DNA of 64,000 bases. Origin: Candidatus Undinarchaeota archaeon. Its GTDB lineage: Archaea; SpSt-1190; JASMDC01. The translations under genes were made by a program, and so were the position numbers. Within the stretch, counting starts at the first letter, position 1; each line of letters begins with the position of its first letter. The DNA is taken from positions 1 through 64,000 of the forward strand of contig CAZFHY010000008.1 in the NCBI GenBank assembly GCA_964519305.1, read 5' to 3'. Of the stretch, positions 16,996 through 26,925 are shown one piece after another. Below the pieces are notes generated by a model. That model was given only the letters and a program-made list of their open reading frames with translations, was not told the DNA's origin and searched no databases.

Positions 16996-17697
16996 ATGAT
17001 GATGGAAATCGACCTTGACTCTTATGGTCTTGATGACGGAGCGTCGGCCCATATGGCTGACATGTACTCATCGAGCGACGATCTGGACATGCGCGATCAT
17101 GCTACGGCTCTCGTAACGATCGGGGCGGGTATAGCTGCGATCACCCTGGGCGCCGCGGCCGTGAACTATGGTACGAGGTACGCCGAGCACAAGGATGCCT
17201 ACGACGAGCACCCTGATGGTATCGAGGCCACCAAGTGGGGGAAGATAGAGGAAGACCTGTCCGACGCCCAGCGCGATCTGAAGGACTATAACTACACGAC
17301 CACTACATACATACCAATGCGCTCGGGCGACGTAACCATCATGATGCCCATCACCCATCATCACCACCACGCACCCGATCCCGCTGGCGCTGCCGGCCAC
17401 ATCGCTGCAGCAGAAGGGTACCTGTCGCAGGTGAAGGACGGGTCCGATGCCGTGACCGGCGCGCTCGACATGGCCCGCGACGGGATATCCTCGGGCGAGT
17501 ACAACGGTGCTATGGACATCCTCGGCAGCATGGCCAGGAGCGCGGGCGTCCAGGAGGCATCGTACATCGAGCAGACCCAGCCGATCTATGACGAGATGCA
17601 GGGTGCTCTCACCGGGACGGTGCTCACTGGCATCGGTGCGGGTGCCGCAGGCATCACTGCCGGTATCGCTGCCAAGAAATGGCATGATGAGCAGTAA
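16996..17697 (+). CDS. hypothetical membrane protein with a His5 tract
   Basis: two TM-like segments flanking a soluble loop containing ITHHHHH. Confidence 0.7.
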   Translation: MMMEIDLDSYGLDDGASAHMADMYSSSDDLDMRDHATALVTIGAGIAAITLGAAAVNYGTRYAEHKDAYDEHPDGIEATKWGKIEEDLSDAQRDLKDYNYTTTTYIPMRSGDVTIMMPITHHHHHAPDPAGAAGHIAAAEGYLSQVKDGSDAVTGALDMARDGISSGEYNGAMDILGSMARSAGVQEASYIEQTQPIYDEMQGALTGTVLTGIGAGAAGITAGIAAKKWHDEQ

Positions 17698-17767
17698 TCC
17701 CCGTTGATGTCCCGGGCGCCGGATCGCAGGACTAAGCAATAAAAGGCTTGACATCCTTCCTGCGAAC

Positions 17768-18298
17768 GTGAGAGCCCAACGCCCCTCCGTCACGGTGCTT
17801 CGTCTGAACCACCGGCGGGGACGCGATGCACGGATAACCAGCCACTGCGGGCTTGTGGCCCGTGCACTGGGCGCCACTGAGATCGCCATCGCCGGCGAGA
17901 AGGACGAGAACGCCCTCGAAAGCATCAACGATGTCGTTGAACGATGGGGCGGTGAGTTCAGGGCACGGTACGAGCCTAGCCCCCTCAGGCTAATGAAGGA
18001 CTGGGCGGGCAAGGTGGTCCACATGACGATGTACGGGCTTCCCGTGCAGGACGTGGTCCCGGAACTGACGGGTACTGAAGAGCCTCTCCTCCTGGTGATT
18101 GGCGGTTCGAAGGTCCGAAGGGAGGTGTACGACCTTGCGGACCATAACGTAGCAGTGACCGGGCAGCCCCACTCCGAGGTGGCCGCTCTGGCGATATTCC
18201 TACAACTCCTCTACGGCGAGGGGGCCTTGTCACTGGAGTTCCCGGGCCCTATGAAGGTGGTGCCCAGTGCGCATGGGAAGGTGATCATAGATGACTGA
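17768..18298 (+). CDS. trm56: tRNA (cytidine(56)-2'-O)-methyltransferase aTrm56
   Basis: LRLNHR..RDARITSH.GLVARALGA, HMTMYG and QPHSEVAALA motifs. Confidence 0.95.
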   Translation: MRAQRPSVTVLRLNHRRGRDARITSHCGLVARALGATEIAIAGEKDENALESINDVVERWGGEFRARYEPSPLRLMKDWAGKVVHMTMYGLPVQDVVPELTGTEEPLLLVIGGSKVRREVYDLADHNVAVTGQPHSEVAALAIFLQLLYGEGALSLEFPGPMKVVPSAHGKVIIDD

Positions 18299-18935
18299 GG
18301 AAGGACAGGACCGGGACGATGATGCCCGGCAGGACAAGGCGGAGGCCCCGAAGCCAGAGGCGCAGGACGCGCCACAGGAGCGGATATTCCATCCACGGGA
18401 GGAGATAGAGCTGTTCTCCTACTTGATACGTCCTACCTCGAGGCTCGGTCTCATGGCCCGCCACTGGATACTGGCACCGGTGATGGGCGGCGGGTGCATA
18501 AACCTTCTATGCCGCGGACCGGCGGTCACCGAGGAGGTACGTGCGTTCGTCTACAACATGAGCGAGCGCATCCCTTTCGCCCACCTATCATTCTCCAATA
18601 CGATCTCCCGCTTCTCTCTCGAACGGGTGCTCGAGCAGAGGCACACGGCGATCATCGACAGGTTCGAGCACGCGTCCATCGGTAACGTGGACGACATAAT
18701 CCAGGCACGACGCTCGGGACCGGTGGAAGCGGGCGTTATCTGCATCACAGAAGTGGACGAGGCCTTCACCACTGAGGACATCTACGACGACAACCGGTTC
18801 AGCGAGATGGCCGTCTCCGGATTCCTGCTCTTCGTCATCGACGAGTCCCTCCTCACCGGATTGGAGGAGCCCATCATCACCGATGAGGGCGAAAAAGTGC
18901 TCCAGCATTTCCTGCGTAGGTTCGGTAACCGGTAG
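18291..18935 (+). CDS. hypothetical protein
   Basis: 214-aa ORF coupled to trm56. Confidence 0.65.
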   Translation: MTEEGQDRDDDARQDKAEAPKPEAQDAPQERIFHPREEIELFSYLIRPTSRLGLMARHWILAPVMGGGCINLLCRGPAVTEEVRAFVYNMSERIPFAHLSFSNTISRFSLERVLEQRHTAIIDRFEHASIGNVDDIIQARRSGPVEAGVICITEVDEAFTTEDIYDDNRFSEMAVSGFLLFVIDESLLTGLEEPIITDEGEKVLQHFLRRFGNR

Positions 18936-18943
18936 TATCCGAC

Positions 18944-20668
18944 ATGGTAGGTACCGTCGCATGGAGGCTGCCCAAGGGCGTCCGTAATAGGCTCGTGCTC
19001 TTCACCGCTGTCGCCATAATGTTCCTGGCCCCGCTGTTCCAGGACTTCCACCGATTGGGGATACATGACTGGGACCAGCACGAGTTCTATCATGCCGTAC
19101 CCCGAGAGACCGTCCTCAGCTACTGGCAGTTCCCTCTCTGGAACCCCTACCATTGCGGCGGGAACGTGATGCTAGCCAATCCACAGTCGACCTTCCTCTC
19201 TCCGTCCTTCCTGCTCGTGCTCCTGTTCGGGGTGATCCCCGGGCTGAAACTGAGTGTCCTTGTACATGTCATCATCGGGATGTACGGCATGTACCGGGTC
19301 GGGGCGACCCTCGGACTGCCGAGGACAGGCCGCATCGCTGCCGCGTTCGTCTTCATGCTAAACGGCGCGTTCGCCTCACATGCGGCGCTGGGGCACACGA
19401 CCTTCCTCCCGATCGCGTTCATCCCGTGGGTGTTCGATGGCTATCTGCGGGCGTTCGACGACCTGAGGTACGTCGTGCCCGCTGCCGTGTTCAGTGCGAT
19501 GATGGTGTTCGGTGGTGGCGTGTATCCTTTCGTATTCACCATGCTTTTCCTCGTGGTCCACGCCGTGCTGAAGGCCGTACAGCTGCGTTCGACGACACCG
19601 TTGCGGGCCACGCTCGGCGTCCTAGTTCTGACCTTCCTCGTTGCCTCGGTCAAGCTCGTCCCGCTCATCGAAGTCCAGCTCGAGCGCTCTATCGAGCGAC
19701 GGGTCGATCCTGGCTACACCCTGACCCTGCTCGCTATGTCATTTGTGGTGGACGAGCTGAACACGAGCGATCTATCCTACCGTATCTCGCCCAACCAGGT
19801 GTACTTCTGGCACGAGTACTACGCGTACATCGGTATTATCGGGCTGGCAGCGTCCATCTTGGGAGCGGTCTTGTCACTAGGTGACCGTTGGCCGCTCGTG
19901 GTCTCGTGCCTGGTCATCATAATGCTCTCGTTCGGTACGAACGCCTTCATTGACATCTGGCGACCTGCGCATGCGCTCCCGGTGATCCGGTCCCTCAGGG
20001 TCCCTAGCAGGCTCAACATGATGTTCCTGTTCTGTTTCGCTGTCTTTGCGGGCCGGGCGTTCTCGTCGCTCAGGCGGTGGGGCGTCCCGTCCCCGGTCGT
20101 CTCGGCCCTGGTGTTCGTCCTCCTCGCCGATATGATCTATGTCAACAGTGACCCCTTCTACGGTTCTTTCACGAGGACGCTGGCGCCTATCGGCCCCGCA
20201 CGGCCATTCTACCAGATCCGCGTACCCGGGGATGACCGTTTCAAGGTGCAGTACCCCGTCTTCCTCCTGAACCTTGGACTGGTCAACTGCTACGAGCAGG
20301 CAAAACTACCTATCCGTGCACTTGCCGTGAGCGACAAGGGGTACCGGGGCGAGGTGTATTATTTATCGTCGCCCGGGACTCCCGAGCTGCTCAGCTTCTC
20401 TCCGAACCGGCTCGTCATCGGTGTCGATGTTAGTTCGTCAGACACCCTTGTCGTTAACCAGAACCATGATCCCGGGTGGAAGGCGGCCGACCGGTCCGTA
20501 CGCGCTGAGTCCGGGCTTATCGCATTGGATGTCGAGCCCGGTGATACTGAAGTGGTCCTATATTACCGCCCGACATCGTTCCTGCTGGGTTCGTTGCTGA
20601 CTCTAACTGGTCTCGTCATTGGCTGGTTCCTCTTTGCACGTGAGCCGATGAGCGCTGGACCGAATTGA
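18944..20668 (+). CDS. YfhO-like GT-C membrane glycosyltransferase
   Basis: PLWNPY..GG...ANPQ, RVPSR and PGWKA motifs; many TM segments. Confidence 0.75.
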   Translation: MVGTVAWRLPKGVRNRLVLFTAVAIMFLAPLFQDFHRLGIHDWDQHEFYHAVPRETVLSYWQFPLWNPYHCGGNVMLANPQSTFLSPSFLLVLLFGVIPGLKLSVLVHVIIGMYGMYRVGATLGLPRTGRIAAAFVFMLNGAFASHAALGHTTFLPIAFIPWVFDGYLRAFDDLRYVVPAAVFSAMMVFGGGVYPFVFTMLFLVVHAVLKAVQLRSTTPLRATLGVLVLTFLVASVKLVPLIEVQLERSIERRVDPGYTLTLLAMSFVVDELNTSDLSYRISPNQVYFWHEYYAYIGIIGLAASILGAVLSLGDRWPLVVSCLVIIMLSFGTNAFIDIWRPAHALPVIRSLRVPSRLNMMFLFCFAVFAGRAFSSLRRWGVPSPVVSALVFVLLADMIYVNSDPFYGSFTRTLAPIGPARPFYQIRVPGDDRFKVQYPVFLLNLGLVNCYEQAKLPIRALAVSDKGYRGEVYYLSSPGTPELLSFSPNRLVIGVDVSSSDTLVVNQNHDPGWKAADRSVRAESGLIALDVEPGDTEVVLYYRPTSFLLGSLLTLTGLVIGWFLFAREPMSAGPN

Positions 20669-20728
20669 CGTTCGGCGGGGTAGATAATTTTTTAATACGC
20701 AGCCCTGATATGATGGGAGCGTGATAGT

Positions 20729-22195
20729 ATGAGAGAACACAACTTGATCACTCTGTCGGTCATCGTTCTGACATTGGCAGTCTTGTTGTCCCCCATGTCC
20801 ACGGCGGACGTTATGAGGGACATGACCATCGAGGGCGCCATGTCGATGATACCTGAAGAACACAAGGGACTCATTACCGCGGAAGATGTGGGCGAGCTCT
20901 ACGACCAGGGGCTCACTGACCCTGCCTCGCTCGGTGCCGCCATTCAGACGCTTATCTCACAGAAGCAGGCAGAAACCGCGCCCGCCAAGGAGACCCCGGA
21001 GGTCGAACCGGTGACCGATCCTGTTGTGGATGTGCCGTCCGTGGAATCCGTGGACTCGGGCGAGCCCATCGAGTACGCGGTCGAGGGCATTCCCAAGGCC
21101 ATACCTGCCGAGCTCATCGAGGCAGGTGCGGAAGCGGAGTTCATAGGCATCTTGTGCCAGTACGCACGTATCAACACAAAACCTTTCATCGACACCGCCG
21201 ATTTCGCCATTACGAAGTACGTGGAGGCCGCTAAGCTCTATCCGTTCATCAAGAGCCTCGACACTGCCCCTATCGCGCTCAAGCGCGGTAAGGTGCTGGA
21301 CAAGATCGATGTCGTGTGCTCGTCCGATGCTGCCAACTACTACGAGAACACCCAGAGCCTCGTTGGCGAACTGAGCGGAGCTGATGCGCTCGGTCCGCAG
21401 CTCGCGAAGGCCATCAACGACGTCACCAACGATATCATCGCGTACGTCATGGGTGGCGGGTCCGTGTCCGCTACCGAGCTGGAGGCGTACTTCAGGGAGT
21501 TCGAGTCCGAGATCCGTTCGGTCTCCACGACACCTGACGAGGATGGTATCAAGGAGCTCAACCGTCTGTATGGTGAGATCACGGTCAAGGTCCTTGCCTA
21601 CAGCGAGAAGAAGGTGAAGGCGAACAAGAACATCCTCATCGAGGAAGGGCTCGATACGACCGAGTTCGACTCAGGTCTAACATTCATCTCCACGAAGGCC
21701 TCCGAAGCCGCTGCTTTCTTCGCGACGAACCCCACAGAGGATGCGCGGCGCGAGTTCATCGCCACCATGCTCAAGGAGAAGGGGGCAGTACAGACCAGGA
21801 TCGCTTCGGACCTGGGCGCACAGGCCATCCGCCTCTCGCTCTCGCGGTCCAAGAGGCTGGGAGCTGCCGCCGACAAGAAGTTCGGTAAATCCGATCCCAA
21901 GGGACCTGCCGACAAGGACGTGGAAGCTCTCCGTACCGAGCACAATGCTCTAATCCAGCTCCGCAACTCCATCATCCAGGACATCGTGGACGCAGTGGCC
22001 GAGCATTACCCCGAGTACAAGGACCGTGTCCTTGAGGACGAGGCCGAGATCGAGACCGTGCTCACACTGTTCAAAGAGCTCGGTGCCGAGGGCAAGCTTG
22101 TTGTTAGGGGTTCAGCACCCGTCACCAAGCTTAAGCAGTTGCGTGCTAGCTGCAAATCACTGCGTGGGAATCTCAAGGCAAAGGGGGTGAAATGA
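20729..22195 (+). CDS. secreted alpha-helical hypothetical protein
   Basis: signal peptide; 488-aa ORF with genome-typical codon usage. Confidence 0.75.
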   Translation: MREHNLITLSVIVLTLAVLLSPMSTADVMRDMTIEGAMSMIPEEHKGLITAEDVGELYDQGLTDPASLGAAIQTLISQKQAETAPAKETPEVEPVTDPVVDVPSVESVDSGEPIEYAVEGIPKAIPAELIEAGAEAEFIGILCQYARINTKPFIDTADFAITKYVEAAKLYPFIKSLDTAPIALKRGKVLDKIDVVCSSDAANYYENTQSLVGELSGADALGPQLAKAINDVTNDIIAYVMGGGSVSATELEAYFREFESEIRSVSTTPDEDGIKELNRLYGEITVKVLAYSEKKVKANKNILIEEGLDTTEFDSGLTFISTKASEAAAFFATNPTEDARREFIATMLKEKGAVQTRIASDLGAQAIRLSLSRSKRLGAAADKKFGKSDPKGPADKDVEALRTEHNALIQLRNSIIQDIVDAVAEHYPEYKDRVLEDEAEIETVLTLFKELGAEGKLVVRGSAPVTKLKQLRASCKSLRGNLKAKGVK

Positions 22196-22485
22196 TGATG
22201 AAGCATGTTATAGCCTGCATCCTCATGCTGTGCCTTATGGCTGGTTGCTCGTCCGGTCCCGCTGACGGCGGTACGCCGGATGGGGGCGAAGCTACCGCGA
22301 CACCCACGATCGAAGCGGATACTGGTGAGACGGCTCCAACTGCTGCGCCCGATACGACGGAGAGCGAGTCGATCGACGACATCGAGCTCCCACCGGACTC
22401 GGACATCGTGGATGGAGCATCCGATCTGGGGATGGACTCTCTCGATATGGAGAACCCTTTCCCTGCAGAAGTGGATATCTCCTAG
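22192..22485 (+). CDS. small acidic lipoprotein
   Basis: lipobox LMAGC; low-complexity acidic body. Confidence 0.65.
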   Translation: MMMKHVIACILMLCLMAGCSSGPADGGTPDGGEATATPTIEADTGETAPTAAPDTTESESIDDIELPPDSDIVDGASDLGMDSLDMENPFPAEVDIS

Positions 22486-22518
22486 CGGTCAGAACCGGTA
22501 TAAGGTCCTTCCGGACCA

Positions 22519-22959
22519 TCAGAAGGAGAAGCAGCCGTCCTCGTACTGTTTGGCCTCTCCTGACAGCTCCATGACCCTTAGTAGCGTCTCCATATGGGTC
22601 ATGCCACGTCCGGCATAGGGATTGTCGTTCTGGACTTGGTTAAGGGAGACGTACCCGTCGTTGAACTGGTCAGGTAGGACACCCATGTCCACCATGGCAT
22701 CTATGTAGGTGCTCCGTGGGGACGCGCGAATCGGCCCTTGTGCATAACTGGTATCGGTAGAATATGATGGGTTGCCCTCATCGGCCTCGCTTGGAACATT
22801 ACTATAATCTAGAGCGTTCGCCAAGGCACTGTACGAGGTACCGGTCTCTTCTGGAGCGATTTCCTCTCTTTCCTCGGTACCGTGGTAATAGGAGCTGCAG
22901 TCGCCGATCTCATTGAACGCGGTGCCGGCCTGCTCGAATGTGGTGGCGAACTGTAACAT
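22519..22959 (-). CDS. hypothetical protein
   Basis: 146-aa ORF with its own TATA/palindrome promoter. Confidence 0.6.
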   Translation of the reverse strand: MLQFATTFEQAGTAFNEIGDCSSYYHGTEEREEIAPEETGTSYSALANALDYSNVPSEADEGNPSYSTDTSYAQGPIRASPRSTYIDAMVDMGVLPDQFNDGYVSLNQVQNDNPYAGRGMTHMETLLRVMELSGEAKQYEDGCFSF

Positions 22960-22996
22960 AGGTTATCACATTGTACGATTTTTACACGCTTATTCC

Positions 22997-23040
22997 GTTA
23001 CTACTATATAGTGGTGATAGTTTATATACTTTTCTATTGT
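22997..23040 (-). promoter_or_regulatory. promoter with palindromic operator ACTACTATATAGTGGT and TATA box
   Basis: homologous to 23974-24019. Confidence 0.6.
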
Positions 23041-23088
23041 TTATTCCATACTTTAGTCAAATTGGATCCAGGCAAACGGTTACAGTTC

Positions 23089-23973
23089 TTAGGCAGGGGT
23101 ACCGAAACCCTCAGTTGGATGGGTTTCATCTTCATCACTGAACAGGTCCTTGACGTAGGATGAGGTCTTTCTAATGAAGCCACCTTTCTTCTCCGCTTTT
23201 ACGCCGTTGTACACAGCATCGGCTGCGAAAACGAGGTTGAGCGGGAAAGGGCTTACGAACGCAAGTGAGGTTGAGATCCCGGTATGGGTGGCGTTGAGCG
23301 TACCGTCCTTGTCCCTCTTACCGAGCCACTCACGTGTCTTGTTCATACCCTTCCGCCAGTACTTCTCAAATCCTTTCTCCTCTGGTTCTTCAATATTACC
23401 GTGGACGTTGTAATGACGGGCGGTGAGGTTGACACCGAGCTGAGCGAGATAGATTGGGGTGTAGACCGGATGACAGGCCTTGACCCCCTTCATTAGCTCC
23501 ATCGAGGCCCAGAATCCCGGTGAGAGGTTGTCATAGACCTCAGTGGAATGCTTATTGAGCTTCTCCAGGTAGGTCTCATAGTCCTCTTTGCCATAGCGAT
23601 TGCCGAAATCCTCCAGAAGCGCAGAAAGTTCCTTGCCATCGTCTTCGTTCTTGACGGCATATCCACTGAAATGGTCACCGGACAGGAAACCGGAAACACC
23701 TTGCCGCTTTCCGTAGATCTCGTGGTCCTCGGAGGTATATAGCTTACCGCCGCGTGAAGGCTTGAAGGACCGCTTCTCGGTCGCCTTTAGATTATCAGCA
23801 AGAATGATAGCCTCGGCAGGATCGAGGTACATGAAGCTCTTGTCACCGGACGCGAGCTCGAGATAGTGACGGCCGTCCTCCTTGACCTCTCGACATTCGA
23901 GACTGTCGAAGTTCTGGCCGTAGGAAATCCTCCTGGGTCCGGGCTCCAAATTGTAGGAGTCAAGGATTTCCAT
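23089..23973 (-). CDS. hypothetical protein
   Basis: 294-aa ORF; start immediately follows the palindrome. Confidence 0.7.
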   Translation of the reverse strand: MEILDSYNLEPGPRRISYGQNFDSLECREVKEDGRHYLELASGDKSFMYLDPAEAIILADNLKATEKRSFKPSRGGKLYTSEDHEIYGKRQGVSGFLSGDHFSGYAVKNEDDGKELSALLEDFGNRYGKEDYETYLEKLNKHSTEVYDNLSPGFWASMELMKGVKACHPVYTPIYLAQLGVNLTARHYNVHGNIEEPEEKGFEKYWRKGMNKTREWLGKRDKDGTLNATHTGISTSLAFVSPFPLNLVFAADAVYNGVKAEKKGGFIRKTSSYVKDLFSDEDETHPTEGFGTPA

Positions 23974-24019
23974 GTTACTACTATATAGTAGTTATACTAT
24001 AAAAACCTTTCCCTATTGT
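23974..24019 (-). promoter_or_regulatory. promoter with perfect 16-bp palindrome ACTACTATATAGTAGT (23977-23992)
   Basis: palindrome lies between TTTTATAG (minus strand) and the ATG. Confidence 0.6.
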
Positions 24020-24114
24020 AGAGCCTGACCTCGAACCGATATTGATAATGAATGATGACATTTCCAAAAAGTTTTTAATCAGGCGGACCCGCGCAACGCC
24101 TCCTGGGGACAGAC

Positions 24115-24921
24115 ATGATGGAGGAACTTTCCCTCAGGGAAGAGATAGCTCAGCTTCGGGAACAAGGATACGATGTTTTCGACCTCCACAATCATTCAAG
24201 GTACTCCGATGGTGACCGGACTCCCGAGCAGATGGTCAGGTACGCACACGACCTGGGGCTATCTGGTATAGCGATAACTGACCATGATTGCATTAAAGGG
24301 TACGAAAGAGCACTAGCTGAGGCCGAGTCGTACGGCGATGGATTCATGGTCGTACCAGGAGAAGAGGTTTCGTCCGAGAAAGGGCACATTCTAGCGTACG
24401 GGGTATCAAAGAAGGTCCCCGGTGGGTTGTCACTAGAGGAGACGACCTCGCTCATACATGAGCAGGGTGGTGTCGCTGTGGCAGCACATCCTTATTCAAC
24501 TCTGGGAACGGGGGATCCATTCTCGATAGAAGAGGTGACTGAGGGACAGTTCCTTCTACTGGACGGTGTGGAAGCATACAACGGATCAGTGCTATGGCCC
24601 AAGGACGCGAACGAGAAAGCACAGCAGTTCGCACAAAAGTACGGTCTTGCACGTATAGGTGGCTCTGACGCGCACACAAGATGGGCGCAGGGTCTGGGGC
24701 TGACACTCACAGAAGGTGTGGAAGATGTCGACGACCTGCTTGAAGCAATACGCGAAGGAAGAACGGACTCTCTAAAAGCAGCGGTGAACGATCGTACATC
24801 GATAAAGGTACACAAGTACGCAGAATACTTCTTAGGCGGGATACCGAGAGGGATCAGGTACCTATGGACGCAGTTCAGGGAACGGTTCATGGATCCCGAA
24901 GAGGACGTAGAGCGACCCTAG
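24115..24921 (+). CDS. PHP-domain phosphoesterase
   Basis: DLHNHS.YSDG, ITDHD, GEEVS..GH, AHP and GGSDAH motifs. Confidence 0.92.
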   Translation: MMEELSLREEIAQLREQGYDVFDLHNHSRYSDGDRTPEQMVRYAHDLGLSGIAITDHDCIKGYERALAEAESYGDGFMVVPGEEVSSEKGHILAYGVSKKVPGGLSLEETTSLIHEQGGVAVAAHPYSTLGTGDPFSIEEVTEGQFLLLDGVEAYNGSVLWPKDANEKAQQFAQKYGLARIGGSDAHTRWAQGLGLTLTEGVEDVDDLLEAIREGRTDSLKAAVNDRTSIKVHKYAEYFLGGIPRGIRYLWTQFRERFMDPEEDVERP

Positions 24922-24988
24922 AGAAAGAAGCTCATTCTGGGGCTCCTTTAGGAAACTGAAATAAAGGGTTACCTCTAAGAAATCGACG

Positions 24989-25822
24989 ATGGCCGGAGTT
25001 CAGAAGCGAGATGCTGTTGCAGAATACGAGGCGGGCCTCGTAAGGTTAGGAGATCTGGCACGATATCTACTGATCGGATATGTGGGTGGTGCGGCCGGTG
25101 TTGTGCTCGCCAGTATATTCGATGAGACGTTCGGGATGGCGGTCTTCGGTGGAGTGCTCGGCCTCGCTATCGGGCTCCCGTCAGGTCACCGGGACATCGT
25201 CGCGCGGAACATCTTCGCAGGATTCATTGGAATGCCTCTCGGGCTGAGACTCGGCTGGTTCGTTGGTGGTAACTTCCCTGAACCGTTGGGTGCGCTCGCT
25301 GCGGTCGTCATGTGGGGCGGTATCGTAGGGCTTGCGTTCGGCCTGGCACCCCCATACTCACGAGGACGTGTAAGGTCGACACTGGCAGGAGCGGCCGGGA
25401 TGCCGTTCTCGCTAGTAGTGGTGATAGGATTGAGCATCCTGCTGGGCGGCGCACCGACAGCGGACCTTGCCTTCGCACGTGGATTCTCATACATCTTCGC
25501 GGCCTGGGGTGGGTTCGTTGGCCTGTTCCTCGCAGCCGCCTCGTTCCTCAATGACCGGGAGATAGAAGTCGCACGGCTCAAGTGGGATGCACGCAAGGAT
25601 GCGGAGAAGAAGGAATCAGAGATAAGGGAGAAGCTCACCATCAAGAAGGAGGAATCCATATCCCGCGAGGAAAGACCTGCCTCGGAGAAGAAGGTCGAGA
25701 AAGCCCGGGATCAGAAAAGTACCGCAAAGGACGAGGGAAAGAAGAAGAAGAAACCCAGTAGAAAGTCCGGGAAGAAACGTGCAAAGAAGGCCTCAAAAGG
25801 GAGTAGTAAAAGAACCAGCTGA
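24989..25822 (+). CDS. Gly-rich membrane protein with Lys-rich C-terminal tail
   Basis: about 6 TM segments followed by a K/E-rich tail. Confidence 0.7.
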   Translation: MAGVQKRDAVAEYEAGLVRLGDLARYLLIGYVGGAAGVVLASIFDETFGMAVFGGVLGLAIGLPSGHRDIVARNIFAGFIGMPLGLRLGWFVGGNFPEPLGALAAVVMWGGIVGLAFGLAPPYSRGRVRSTLAGAAGMPFSLVVVIGLSILLGGAPTADLAFARGFSYIFAAWGGFVGLFLAAASFLNDREIEVARLKWDARKDAEKKESEIREKLTIKKEESISREERPASEKKVEKARDQKSTAKDEGKKKKKPSRKSGKKRAKKASKGSSKRTS

Positions 25823-25852
25823 ACGCTGACAGATACAGCACTTGTCCCGGTA

Positions 25853-26020
25853 TTATTCATCCGAGTTCATTTTGAGCGGAGATTCCTCGTTCTCCAATTC
25901 CTCTTCGGTCGAATCCTTGTTCTTTACATCATGGATGTAATGCTCTATCTTCTTCTTCTCCTTCCAGATAGTCTTATGGGTCTCCGTCTCCGTGAACATC
26001 TCGGAGCCTTGTGAGTGCAT
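25853..26020 (-). CDS. small hypothetical protein
   Basis: ORF downstream of a TTATATA box; start uncertain. Confidence 0.4.
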   Translation of the reverse strand: MHSQGSEMFTETETHKTIWKEKKKIEHYIHDVKNKDSTEEELENEESPLKMNSDE

Positions 26021-26208
26021 TTCTTTCCCCAAAAATAACTGTATGTTCCATTGTATATAAGACTTTAGCACCACTTATAAGATATACGTCGTATAATGCA
26101 CGAATACTTACGATTATGGGCGTCGGGGGCACGTAAATTCACAAATATCGTAACGGGGCGAGGATTGTCCTTGATTCGTTGAACAGGGGAGAACACTCCG
26201 GAGTCTTA

Positions 26209-26919
26209 CTATGCTTCATCGAACTGGTCCAGAGTTCGCATACCCCTTGATAGTCGTTCACCTGCGATCCCAGGTCCTTCCAGACCGCGAATGACCTCCA
26301 TCATGTTCTTGACGAACACATCCTCGTCCCGACCCATCTCGATGATGAGACGGTTCTCCTTCGGGAGCGAGGTGAGCCTGCGCTGGATCTCTTCGGCCAG
26401 CTTCACATCGGCCGGACGGACACGCCATCCCCTCTCAAGGGAGGAGCGGTCCAGTGCAGCGGTGACATCTTCAACGATGATGATGGCGAGGTCAGGTGTG
26501 ACGGCGAATGGTACAACGGCCGTCTTCAACCATGATTTCAAGCGCCGGTATTCCTCGCTATCGACACCGTCCTCCTGTAAGCGGGGGACGAGCGTCGCAG
26601 CGATCGTGTCCATGTACCCGGGCTTGACCGCCCAGCGTCCCGCTTTGACGGCAGGGGCGATGGAGCGCTCGGTGAGGAACGCGGCATCGGCGGACATCAG
26701 TAGGACCTCGGCGACTGGGGATATGCGCAGGAACGGGTCCGCGGAATACCCGTTGGTGAGAGCGGTGCCCGCGAGGCCTGCGGAGAAACGGGGTACGCGG
26801 ACCAGGTCCACGCTCGCTTCCTCGAGGGCCATGGAAAGCTTGGCGGCGATGCGTGACGCCGTACCGACCACTGCCGATTCAACGGTGATGAACCGTCCCC
26901 AGATAACCTCGTCTTCCAT
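26209..26919 (-). CDS. thymidylate-kinase-like protein with degenerate P-loop
   Basis: GRFITVES start, E.LL.SAD, I.PA.KAG and PDL.II match the Tmk layout; GxxGxGKS/T is absent. Confidence 0.6.
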   Translation of the reverse strand: MEDEVIWGRFITVESAVVGTASRIAAKLSMALEEASVDLVRVPRFSAGLAGTALTNGYSADPFLRISPVAEVLLMSADAAFLTERSIAPAVKAGRWAVKPGYMDTIAATLVPRLQEDGVDSEEYRRLKSWLKTAVVPFAVTPDLAIIIVEDVTAALDRSSLERGWRVRPADVKLAEEIQRRLTSLPKENRLIIEMGRDEDVFVKNMMEVIRGLEGPGIAGERLSRGMRTLDQFDEA

Positions 26920-26925
26920 GGTATT

